This document shows positions 26,503-36,400 of a DNA stretch of 40,824 nt, piece by piece. A model generated the notes under the pieces. The model did no database searches. It worked only from the letters and a program-made list of their open reading frames with translations, and was not told the DNA's origin. Position 1 is the first letter of the stretch. Every line of letters begins with the position of its first letter. A program made the position numbers and the translations under genes. This stretch comes from Candidatus Peregrinibacteria bacterium CG10_big_fil_rev_8_21_14_0_10_42_8 (GTDB lineage Bacteria > Patescibacteriota > Gracilibacteria > Peribacterales > Peribacteraceae), in assembly GCA_002772815.1 (NCBI GenBank), contig PFDQ01000022.1:1-40824 (forward strand), in the 5' to 3' direction.

Positions 26503-27382
26503 TCTTCATCCTCATTGGGAATCTGATGGAACAGAAATCCCTGTTCATACTCGGGAGGAAAAACAAGACTCTCATACGATGCCACGTAATGCAAAAGCAG
26601 TCTCACGGCAGCCTGCTGCCATTGTGGGCATGATTACAGTTATGGCATTTGGATACCTCTTTTTTCAAGGTGTCGAATCTCTTACTGGGCAGGTTGCTGG
26701 AAATTCAAGAATAAAAACCGTCACTATTACCGAAAATGGACTTGATCCTGCCATTCTTGAAATTGAGCATGGTGATACTATTACATGGACAAATACCCAA
26801 GCTATTCCTCATATCATAGAATCAACAAGTCTCTGTAGTGACACAGGATACTGTCTACAAACAAAAACCTTATTCCAAGGAGAAAGCGATAATTTTACGA
26901 TCACTCTGGATATCCCAGCAGGATCATACGACTATACCTCAGCAACATCGAGTGATATACAAGGAACCATTATTATCACAACAACGCCAGCTGATGACTT
27001 CCAAGATATCACATCACTTCTTGATAACAGCATTTTTGGAAATACACCAATAGATAATGCACCTTTACAGCCAAATGCACCAATTCCCACTGCAGTTCCA
27101 GAGGCTGCTGGAATCACAAATACAAGTATTCCACGAAACCCATACACTGCAGACAGTACACGTATCCATCCGTTTGATAGCAAAGGAAACCCAATAGAAT
27201 CTGCATTTGGAGATATTCCAAATACGCAAACAGCATCAGTACCACGAGTAAACACCAATGGACGAGGACCTATATCACAACCTCAAACAGGAGCTGGTGG
27301 TACGCTATTTATTCTTCTTGGAAGCATTATTGTTTTATGGATTGTCACAAAGCAGTGCTTTGAGAAAACGTATCACTTTTAA
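26495..27382 (+). CDS. Surface protein with cupredoxin/Ig-like beta domain, Pro-rich linker and C-terminal QPQTG + TM + basic tail
   Basis: IKTVTITENGLDPAILEIEHGDTITWTNTQAIPHII is a plastocyanin-like strand pattern, but no Cys-His-Met copper triad is evident. The C-terminus is ISQPQTGAGG-TLFILLGSIIVLWIV-TKQ. The start is uncertain: 26495 (overlapping the upstream stop) or 26579. Confidence 0.5.
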   Translation: MPNLHPHWESDGTEIPVHTREEKQDSHTMPRNAKAVSRQPAAIVGMITVMAFGYLFFQGVESLTGQVAGNSRIKTVTITENGLDPAILEIEHGDTITWTNTQAIPHIIESTSLCSDTGYCLQTKTLFQGESDNFTITLDIPAGSYDYTSATSSDIQGTIIITTTPADDFQDITSLLDNSIFGNTPIDNAPLQPNAPIPTAVPEAAGITNTSIPRNPYTADSTRIHPFDSKGNPIESAFGDIPNTQTASVPRVNTNGRGPISQPQTGAGGTLFILLGSIIVLWIVTKQCFEKTYHF

Positions 27383-28524
27383 GAGTCATTTTGTACAACA
27401 GTGCAAACATTGTTAATACACTGTGCAGAATTTGGTAAACAACTTGCACAGAGTGTTGGCTCTTCTGTGCTACATTGCTCTACATACTGAATCACTTCAG
27501 ATGTAATATTAAGTAACTTATTTTTCGTTACAGCCTTCCCACACGTGAGGTACGGGCTACACCCCCTTGCAAAAATGGTACAATCTTCGTTTTTTTCGCA
27601 TGCTACATTTTTATCAAACAAGATATCAAGACTTCTCTTTTTTTGCTGACACGCAGTAAGACCTCCTTCACAATCGTCAGGACATGAACCTCTTCGAAGT
27701 AACTCTGGTCCACTATCACTAAACGTATACTCATCAGACTCCCCTTCTTCACAAAGTCCATTGCCACACACTGGCCCTCCTAAAGCGCAATCTTGTGGAC
27801 AGTACATGCTAGTTCCGGTTCTATCTGGAAATGCTGTTTCCCCATCTTCACATGTTCCATTTCCACAAATAGTTGTTGCAGCCCTTGGGATACACACGCC
27901 AGCGCATGCCTGAATACACACTGCTCCCTGTGGACATGGGTAACGGCAGTCCCCTTGCTCCACAGAGCACACCTCACTTGTTTGGCATTCTGCACTTGAG
28001 AAACATTTCTTCTGTGTACATGCCCTTTCGGTACATGCGATACCTGCCTCTGTACACGAACAAATATTACATCCATCTGGTGCTGGATATCTGTCTCCTA
28101 TTTTGTATCCACCGCTACAATGAATTTCCTCCTGACAATCAAGTGTACAACCATCCCCATTTAATGTATTTCCATCGTCACACTCTTCACCTACCTGCAC
28201 AACATTATCCCCACAAGAGCCAAGTCCCATTTGGTCTCGTATTTGTGCTATTTGATTCCTCATAAGGTTAATTGTCTGCTGATCATATCTATCAAGAATG
28301 ACTGCAACTTGTCCACGTGTTACATAATCATGAGGTCCAAACCTTCCTGTGTCATATCCAGTAATTGTCCCCTTTTTCGCAAATCGATTAACAGAATCAA
28401 AGAAATAATCATTGGGAAGCACATCTGGAAACATCAATCCTCCAAACTGCTGAGCTACTACCGTACCTGAAAGCATAATAACCATACCCGCAAAGAACGT
28501 GACGGTGAGTTTTGACGTATTCAT
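27379..28524 (-). CDS. Secreted SLH-domain protein with Cys-rich repeats (myxococcal-type CGDG...GEECDDGN...GDGC repeat)
   Basis: SLH-like repeat: FPDVLPNDYFFDSVNRFAKKGTITGYDTGRFGPHDYVTRGQVAVIL. It is followed by CGDNVVQVGEECDDGNTLNGDGCTLDCQEE and several CGNG.CE.GE...CP.DC units. Confidence 0.7.
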   Translation of the reverse strand: MNTSKLTVTFFAGMVIMLSGTVVAQQFGGLMFPDVLPNDYFFDSVNRFAKKGTITGYDTGRFGPHDYVTRGQVAVILDRYDQQTINLMRNQIAQIRDQMGLGSCGDNVVQVGEECDDGNTLNGDGCTLDCQEEIHCSGGYKIGDRYPAPDGCNICSCTEAGIACTERACTQKKCFSSAECQTSEVCSVEQGDCRYPCPQGAVCIQACAGVCIPRAATTICGNGTCEDGETAFPDRTGTSMYCPQDCALGGPVCGNGLCEEGESDEYTFSDSGPELLRRGSCPDDCEGGLTACQQKKRSLDILFDKNVACEKNEDCTIFARGCSPYLTCGKAVTKNKLLNITSEVIQYVEQCSTEEPTLCASCLPNSAQCINNVCTVVQNDS

Positions 28525-28599
28525 GTTGTGCAGTGTACATCAGCATAACCCGTATGATAGATTGCGAAAATAGACTTTCAGTGTACACTTATAGTTAGT

Positions 28600-29349
28600 A
28601 TGCCATTAGATAAAGAAATGCAGCAACGGCTTGCGGAGCACAGGAAAGAAGAACGACATGGATCAAAACTTGGCCCGTTCATTCAAGATATTGTCTATGG
28701 TGGAAACGATGGTATTGTCACAACATTTGCTGTTGTTGCAGGAACAGTTGGTGCAAGCCTTCCAGATTATGTTGTTATTATTCTTGGTCTTGCAAACTTG
28801 ATTGCTGATGGTACTTCTATGGGAACTGGAGCATATCTATCTATTAAATCTGAGACTGACCATTACGAACGGCTACGAAAAGAGGAAATCGCGGAAATTA
28901 ATGAGATTCCTGATATTGAAAAAGCTGAGGTTCGTATTGCCTATGCTGAAAAAGGATTTTCTGGAAAAGATCTCGATACTGTCGTGGATATCATCACGAG
29001 CAATAAAGATGTCTGGGCAGATACTATGATGGCTGAAGAACACGGTATGATTCGAAATTCTGATGGTCACCCTGTTATTCATGGAACAATGACCTTTATC
29101 AGCTTTCTGATATTTGGATCTATCCCCCTTCTCCCTTACCTGCTGGGCCTAGATCAAAACAGTAGATTTAGCATCGCGATATGGTCCACATTTGCTGCTC
29201 TATTCATACTAGGTCTAACACGAAGCATTGTTACGAAAGAGCGTATATTCCGCGGTCCGTTTGAGATTATCGCAGTTGGAGCACTTGGAGCTTTTGTTGC
29301 TTATGGTATTGGCGTCCTTTTACGCGACATAGCAAACGTTGCACTGTAG
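28600..29349 (+). CDS. VIT1/CCC1-family Fe/Mn transporter
   Basis: [19 protein letters not shown], a central helical soluble domain and C-terminal TM helices. Confidence 0.85.
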   Translation: MPLDKEMQQRLAEHRKEERHGSKLGPFIQDIVYGGNDGIVTTFAVVAGTVGASLPDYVVIILGLANLIADGTSMGTGAYLSIKSETDHYERLRKEEIAEINEIPDIEKAEVRIAYAEKGFSGKDLDTVVDIITSNKDVWADTMMAEEHGMIRNSDGHPVIHGTMTFISFLIFGSIPLLPYLLGLDQNSRFSIAIWSTFAALFILGLTRSIVTKERIFRGPFEIIAVGALGAFVAYGIGVLLRDIANVAL

Positions 29350-29359
29350 TATAGAATAT

Positions 29360-31267
29360 ATGACTATTGAATTACCGAAGAAATCAGTTTTATGGAGCGT
29401 TGTAGGCTTGTTCTTTTTCCTCCTATTTATTGTTTATGGACATGCATTAGGGTTTGATTTTGTACATTGGGATGATGGCATCTTAATCTATGAAAACGAA
29501 GCTGTTCGTGGAATAACGCTTCAAAACCTTAAAACTATTTTTACAACGTACGACCCTGAGCTCTACATCCCATTCACGCTCATTTCGTATCAAATTGACT
29601 ATATGATCGGTGGCATTAATCCCACTATATATCACTTCCATAGTCTCATACTTCATGTCCTCAATAGTCTTCTTGTAACGCTACTCCTAAAAAATCTTCT
29701 CAAAAATAACTGGATCGCACTTTTTGCTGGTCTTATTTTTGCATTGCACCCACTCAACGTCGAAGCAGTTGTATGGGCTAGTGCTCGAAAAGATCTTCTT
29801 TCAACCTTATTTTTTTTATTATCACTTCTAGGATATATATCATTTAGGGATGACCAAAAGAAATCGTACTACTACGCTAGCATTGCGTTATTTGCATGTG
29901 CGCTCCTCTCAAAAGTTACAGTCATTGGACTACCTATTCTTTTGCTACTACTCGATTGGAAAGAAAATCGTATATGGGAGAAAGGTATACTTTCTGAAAA
30001 AATTCCATACTTTGTTTTGTCCTTCTTCTTCGGATTTATCGCAATCTTTGGAAAGACAACGGTACTTGGGAGCTCTTCTCTTGAAGAGAAAATTCTTATC
30101 CCTATTAAAAGCATCGTATTTTACCTGGAGAAATTCATCCTCCCGACTAAGCTGTCTGTTTTATACCCTATTGCTAGCGACATTAATCTTCATAATCCAA
30201 TGTTTCTCTTGCCGCTTATTGGGCTTATTGGGCTTGGTATTGGTATAATCTACTCGCTTAAAAAAACAAAGGTGTTCTTCTTTGGTTTTGCGTGGTTCGC
30301 AATTTGCGTAGGCCCTACGCTGCTTAACTTCTTCAAAGGAGACTTCCTCTACTACGCATCAGATAGATACGCATACACAGCAATAATTGGACTCCTGTAT
30401 ATACTTGGCTGGTTTTTTCTTCAAATATCACACAAGAAATGGGTTGCAGGCTTGTGCGTTGCCATGCTCTTTGGATACAGCATTGGTACTATCAGACAAG
30501 CTTCCTCATGGGAAAATACATACACTTTATTCCAGCATGTCATTAAACATTACCCTGATGCTGCAGCTGCTGGATACAATAACGTTGGTAACTACGTCAG
30601 TCTTCAGTACAGGGAAGAAGGAAAGCTCGATGAGGCAATAGAGCTTTACCAAAAGGCTCTCGAGATTAGTCAAAAGCACAGTAGGAATGTTGGTGATACA
30701 AACCCTGGTGTCAGTAAAATCCTTAGCAACCTTGCATCTGCCTATCGACAAAAAGGGGAAATGGCTACATCACTTAAAACATATAAAGAGTCACTTCGTA
30801 TTAACCCCATTAATACCCATGCTCTTCTTGGACTTGGAACATACTACAACCAGCAAGGACAGGCAGAACTTGCAGAGTCTTACTACTACTCTGCTATAGA
30901 AGCTAATCCTCGCTTTGTAACATCATATGTCAATCTTGGCTCTCTCTATGTACAGGCAGGGCGATACAATGATGCTGTTGATATCCTTGAAACTGGTGTG
31001 AGCTACAATCCATTTTACCCACAGGCTCAGTACAACCTTGCAGTTGCTTTGCGTAAAATTGGCCGCAATGCAGAATCACTGGCTCGGCTCGAAACAGCTG
31101 TAAAACTGGAACCGAGCTTTGTCGCTGCTCGTATTAACCTTGGTATTCAGTATGCAGAGAGGCAAAGGATTCAAGAGTCAATAGATCAATTCAAAGCTGT
31201 ACTGCAGTACGATCCGAGCAATGCCCGAGCACGTTCTGCAATACAGCAATTAGAAAACGTTGAATAA
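29360..31267 (+). CDS. Polytopic glycosyltransferase-like membrane protein with C-terminal TPR repeats (TMTC/PMT_2-like)
   Basis: The N-terminal half has about 10 TM helices with FDFVHWDDGILIYENEAV and HFHSLILHVLNSLLV. The C-terminal ~230 aa carries about six TPR units (YNNVGNY..., ALLGLGTYYNQQGQ..., AQYNLAVAL...). I prefer the ATG at 29360 over the TTG at 29339. Confidence 0.72.
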   Translation: MTIELPKKSVLWSVVGLFFFLLFIVYGHALGFDFVHWDDGILIYENEAVRGITLQNLKTIFTTYDPELYIPFTLISYQIDYMIGGINPTIYHFHSLILHVLNSLLVTLLLKNLLKNNWIALFAGLIFALHPLNVEAVVWASARKDLLSTLFFLLSLLGYISFRDDQKKSYYYASIALFACALLSKVTVIGLPILLLLLDWKENRIWEKGILSEKIPYFVLSFFFGFIAIFGKTTVLGSSSLEEKILIPIKSIVFYLEKFILPTKLSVLYPIASDINLHNPMFLLPLIGLIGLGIGIIYSLKKTKVFFFGFAWFAICVGPTLLNFFKGDFLYYASDRYAYTAIIGLLYILGWFFLQISHKKWVAGLCVAMLFGYSIGTIRQASSWENTYTLFQHVIKHYPDAAAAGYNNVGNYVSLQYREEGKLDEAIELYQKALEISQKHSRNVGDTNPGVSKILSNLASAYRQKGEMATSLKTYKESLRINPINTHALLGLGTYYNQQGQAELAESYYYSAIEANPRFVTSYVNLGSLYVQAGRYNDAVDILETGVSYNPFYPQAQYNLAVALRKIGRNAESLARLETAVKLEPSFVAARINLGIQYAERQRIQESIDQFKAVLQYDPSNARARSAIQQLENVE

Positions 31268-31271
31268 CGTA

Positions 31272-31874
31272 TTACTGAAGTTCAACCTTCAATTCAATGA
31301 GAATCTCTGCATTTGGTGCCTTTATGCTATCTGCAGGTCCTCCAACATTGTATTCAGTCCTGTCTAGTGTGTACTTTGCTTGTACGTAGTCTTCAGTGAT
31401 ATTCATTGTGATAACCACCTCTGTACTGACATCCTTAATCGTAAGCATTCCAGTAACTGCATAACTATCATTATCAAGCATAGTAATATCAGATGACACA
31501 AACGTTGCAGTCCCATACGTTTCTGATTCAAAGAAATCTGGTGATAGTAAATGCTTTGTTAGTCCTTCAGATTCTGTTTCAAGACTATCAATTTGAATTG
31601 TTGCTTCAAGAGAGACAGGCTTTCCTTCTACAAAATTTACACTTGTTGTAAACTCATTGAACTGACACTCGTGTGACACTATTTCTCCTTTTGTACCAGT
31701 AAATGCAATAAAACTTTTCGATACGTTTTCATTGAGGGTTCCTGTAAATGTTGATTCTTCCATTTTTTTATCTTCCGTAGGCACTTCGCGTTCTTCTTCT
31801 GTAATAACAGTCGATGAACATGCAGAAAGTAATATTGCGAGTGCAAACAATGGAATAAGAAGTTTTGATGACAT
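31272..31874 (-). CDS. YceI-like lipoprotein
   Basis: MSSKLLIPLFALAILLSAC lipobox. YceI-like pattern ...FTGTKGEIVSHECQFNEF...IQIDSLETESEGLTKHLLSPDFFESETYGTATFVS. I prefer the start at 31874. Confidence 0.75.
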   Translation of the reverse strand: MSSKLLIPLFALAILLSACSSTVITEEEREVPTEDKKMEESTFTGTLNENVSKSFIAFTGTKGEIVSHECQFNEFTTSVNFVEGKPVSLEATIQIDSLETESEGLTKHLLSPDFFESETYGTATFVSSDITMLDNDSYAVTGMLTIKDVSTEVVITMNITEDYVQAKYTLDRTEYNVGGPADSIKAPNAEILIELKVELQ

Positions 31875-32057
31875 AATGTTCGAAAGAATAAAGTAGGAGC
31901 AAAAGTCTAATTTAGACACTCATCCTTTGCAAGATGACAGGCTATCTGTTATATGTCAAAACATTCTATTCAAATCGTTCTCATCCGTAAATGAACTTAT
32001 GCGAGCTATTATTTCCTGAACATACTCGACGTCATATGAAATCGCAAGTTTTGTTTA

Positions 32058-33362
32058 TTATCGTCGCCTTCTTTGTCCACCGCCTGAAGAATTACTCCTT
32101 CCGCTACTAAAGCTTCTTTTTCCAGAAGGACGACCTACCCTTCCTCCCCCACTTCCTCTTCGTGGTGGACGACCACTACTACCAGAGCCACCTTCAAGGG
32201 ATGCTGATGGAACTGATGAATGAGACTTTCGTGGGATTGGCGTACGGATGAGTCTTTCTATATCGCGGATATGACCTGCTTGTGTTGGTGTTGCAAGCGA
32301 AATAGCACGGCCTTCTTTTCCTGCTCTCGCTGTTCGACCAATTCTGTGAACATAGTCTGCTGCATCGTCTGGAAGATCGTAGTTGATGACAAGTGTAATA
32401 TCATCAACGTCAATTCCTCGAGATGCGACGTCTGTCGCTACAAGTATTCTAAATGTTCCATTCTTAAAACCACCAAGAGCACTTCGTCTTTGTCCAAGAG
32501 TTTTATTACCATGAATCTCAACAGCCTTGAAGCGTTCATCGTTCAGTACTTTTGTCACCTTTTTTGCACCATGCTTTGTGCGTGTGAACACGATGACTTT
32601 ACCCTTACTCTCAGTAAGAAGTGTACTCAGCAACTTTTGCTTATCTGGCTGCTTTACAATAATAAGCTCTTGTTCGATCTTTGCTGCTGTTGTCCCCTCT
32701 TGTGCAACTTCAATACGAAGCGGCATGTTCATCTCTGCTGTAGCGAGCTTCACAATGTCCTGTGGCATTGTGGCAGAGAACAATAATGTCTGACGCTGAC
32801 GTGGTATCTGTGAAAGAATTTTATTAATCTGTGGTTTGAAACCCATATCAAGCATTCGATCTGCTTCATCAAGTACTAATACTTCAACTTCTCTCAGTGT
32901 CACTGTCCTCTGGTCTAAGTGGTCATTAAGACGGCCTGGAGTTGCAATAAGAATGCGAGGATTATTCTTTAATGCCTTCTTCTGAAGATGCATAGGAGAT
33001 CCTCCAACAAACACAGCAGTCTTTATACCAAGGACAGATGCATACGGCTTTAGTGCATCATCCACCTGATATGCAAGTTCACGTGTTGGTAGAACAATAA
33101 GTGCTCGCTTCTTCCCTTGTGAGAGATGTTGTAATAACGGAAGTCCAAATGCGAATGTCTTCCCTGTTCCTGTTTGAGCGATACCAATAAGATCTTTCCC
33201 CTGGTTTGCGAGTGGAATTGCTTGATGCTGAATTGGGGTCGGCTTTGTGATACCTCGTGTATTGAGGATCTTTAAGAGTTCGGGGATAACACCCATCTCC
33301 TGAAAGCCAGAAGACTCCGCTGGTTTGTCATTCTCATTATTCATCCGAACCACTATACCCAT
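32058..33362 (-). CDS. DEAD-box ATP-dependent RNA helicase with RGG/Ser-rich C-terminal tail
   Basis: Q motif (TKPTPIQ), AQTGTGKT, DEAD, SAT, HRIGRTARAG, and a tail ending GGGRVGRPSGKRSFSSGRSNSSGGGQRRRR. Confidence 0.92.
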   Translation of the reverse strand: MGIVVRMNNENDKPAESSGFQEMGVIPELLKILNTRGITKPTPIQHQAIPLANQGKDLIGIAQTGTGKTFAFGLPLLQHLSQGKKRALIVLPTRELAYQVDDALKPYASVLGIKTAVFVGGSPMHLQKKALKNNPRILIATPGRLNDHLDQRTVTLREVEVLVLDEADRMLDMGFKPQINKILSQIPRQRQTLLFSATMPQDIVKLATAEMNMPLRIEVAQEGTTAAKIEQELIIVKQPDKQKLLSTLLTESKGKVIVFTRTKHGAKKVTKVLNDERFKAVEIHGNKTLGQRRSALGGFKNGTFRILVATDVASRGIDVDDITLVINYDLPDDAADYVHRIGRTARAGKEGRAISLATPTQAGHIRDIERLIRTPIPRKSHSSVPSASLEGGSGSSGRPPRRGSGGGRVGRPSGKRSFSSGRSNSSGGGQRRRR

Positions 33363-33464
33363 CTTTCTTTAAAAAGAAAGCTAATTTTAACTAAATTGTC
33401 TATTTATCGCTTAAATTACTAATTGTTGACATATATAAATAATTTAGTATTATAACATCCTTTT

Positions 33465-36400
33465 ATGTACCGGATTGCTGAAAAAGCACTGGCTGTACTT
33501 CTTGCATTACTCCTCAGTAATGGTGGTATAACCCCTGTTTATGCAGCAGTATCATTTGATGTACGGACTATTGATGGGTCTGGGAATAATACAATTGAGC
33601 CTCTCTGGGGGTCTACTGATACACATCTATTACGGTTAACATCAACCGATTATGCCGATGGCATTTCAGAGCCACGAGGCGGGACAGGAGCCATTAGTGC
33701 ACGGGTAATCTCTAATGAAATTGCAGCACAATCGACTGACATACGAAATACACGAGGTCTTTCTGATATGTTTTGGACATGGGGACAATTTGTCGATCAT
33801 GACATCGACCTCACAGATAATGCCTCGCCAGCTGAAGCCTACAACATCGCAGTTCCAACTGGCGATCCATATTTTGATCCGTTATCTACTGGAACACAGA
33901 CTATTGGATTCAATAGATCTGTTAGTGACTCTGGATCTTCACCGCGTCAGCAACTTAACCAGATTACTGCATATCTGGATGCCTCAAATGTTTATGGGTC
34001 CGATGTGGCCCGTGCGGATACTATTCGTGCATTTAGCGGTGGTCTCCTTCGTGTTAGCAGTGGGAATTTTCTCCCCTTTAACACTTCTGGACTTCCAAAT
34101 GCCATGAGTACATCGTCGATGTTCTTCCTCGCAGGAGATATCCGCGCAAACGAACAACCTGGACTCACTGCACTTCACACCCTATTTGTTCGCGAGCATA
34201 ACCGTATCGCAACTGAGCTACGAGCACTAAACCCACTTCTTACAGATGACGAACTATACGAGACAGCTCGGCTGAAAGTAGGAGCAATAGAACAAGCAAT
34301 TACGTATAATGATTTTCTACCTTCACTCTTTGGTAGTGATATTCTCCCTACATACTCTGGATACAACCCGTCAGTTGATGCAGGAATAGCAAACGAATTT
34401 TCGACAGCTGCCTACCGACTAGGACATAGTATGATCTCCCCTACCCTCCTTCGTCTGGATGGAGAGGGCTTAGAGATTCCTGAGGGGCATGTGTCGCTAC
34501 TCTCTGGGTTCTTTAACCCTGCTATTGTTCAGCAGGCAGATATTGACCCGCTCCTTCGTGGCCTCTCTGCACAAGTCATGCAAGAAGTAGATACACAGGA
34601 AATCGACGCACTACGTAACTTCCTTTTCGGGCCTCCTGGCTCTGGTGGGTTTGATCTAGTCTCACTCAACATCCAACGAGGTCGTGACCACGGACTTGCA
34701 GGCTACAACCAAGCAAGACGAGACCTCGGGCTTACGGCGCACACAAGTTTTTCAGACATAACATCAGATAGCACAATGGCAGCAAAACTTGATGCCGTAT
34801 ACGGAGGTGACCTAGAAGCAATAGACCTATGGGTTGGCGGACTTGCGGAAGACCATCTTGCAGGGTCTAGCCTTGGTGAAACCATTACCACTATTCTTAA
34901 GAATCAATTTACGAGAATTCGTGATGGCGATAGATTTTGGTACGAGAATTACTTCACAGGAAGCGACCTTCTCGAAATTCAGTCGACAACTCTCAAAGAT
35001 GTTATTGAACGAAATACAGATGTTGACGGCCTTCAAGACAATGTCTTCTTTGCCGTCTTTCCTGAAGCAGACCTCTCAGTTAGCTTAGAGGTGAATACTT
35101 TAACACTGAGCGGGTCTCTTATGACAGCAGAAGTACAGGTTGGTAATACTGGTCCTCTCACTGCCAGTGGCATCACAGTGACAATCCCTGTTCCATCTCA
35201 TACGACATTTACATCAACAGGATCGTTTGTAGGATGTAGCGGTGGCTCTGGTACAGACATCATCTGTACTGTCTCCCCTCTTGCATCTGGTGAATCGAGA
35301 AATCTTGATGTGGTCTTCAATCCACTTTCAAGTGGATGCTTTGCAGATATCGATATCTCTGCAACTGTAAGTGCCTTACAGCAAGATAGTTATACTGCAA
35401 ACAACTCAGCAAGTAGCCAAACATACTATGCTTGCCCAGGTCCAAACGACATCGACCTGAGCATCGAGATTGGATCTTCTGTTTCTGCCGAGCGCAGTGG
35501 TTCATTTAGCGCAATGGCAACAGTAACAAATAATGGACCTGCATTTGCAACAGGAGCAACCATGACTATTAGTATTCCAGCTGGGCTTGATGTTAATAGT
35601 ATCAATGCAGCAGAGTGCTTGGCAGCAGGAAATACTATGACGTGTAGTGGCCTTGATATTGCATATGGTGATACATTCTCAGTTGAGATCGAACTCAACA
35701 TTCCAGAGTCCTTCACATGTCCTTCATCTGTGACTATTGAAGCATTAGCACTGGTAGGTCAGCAACAAGATTACTTTAGTGGAAATGACTCGTCAGAAGC
35801 AGTTACCATCATTGAATGCGAGCCAGAGAACGACTTAAGCATTTCCCTAACTGGAAACAGTACTTCATATACAGCAACTGTTAGCAATAATGGTCCTGCA
35901 ACAGCTGTATCTCCTGTCGTCTCTACAACACTGCCGTCAGGAGTACGCTTTAGTACTTCTGGTAGCTCTAGTGGATGTGTACAAAATGGATCTATTATCA
36001 ACTGTAGCATATCACCACTTCATGATGGAGAATTAGCGTCTGTCACTATTCTCTTCATAGCACTTCCCACACTTTCTTGTGGGACGAATATCGCGGTTGA
36101 GTCCACTGTATCATCTACGGAAAAAGAGCTAAATGAATCTGATAATACCGCATCTGCACACACTGAACTTATCTGTGATAACTTCTCAGGGAATGATGAC
36201 AGTGCTAGCCATAGAGATCCTCTCAACCGAGATACTGTTGGTCGATCAACTTCACATGGCTCTACAAGAGGAAAAGGAGCAAAAGAAGCACTTCTTGCTC
36301 TGTCACTTCTTGGTCGTATGAATGGCATGCATACGACAGTCTCGTATACAGGGCACTTCCGTATGGCAAATAATGCGGCACCTGTTAAAAATGTTTCTGG

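Noticed and set aside
26600-26950. Type-1 copper (plastocyanin/azurin) site in the cupredoxin-like domain of the 26495-27382 protein, which would link it to the copper module.
   Set aside because: The strand pattern is cupredoxin-like, but I cannot find the His...Cys-x(2-4)-His-x(2-4)-Met ligand set. The two Cys residues (LCSDTGYC) look like a disulfide. I call it only a beta-sandwich surface domain.
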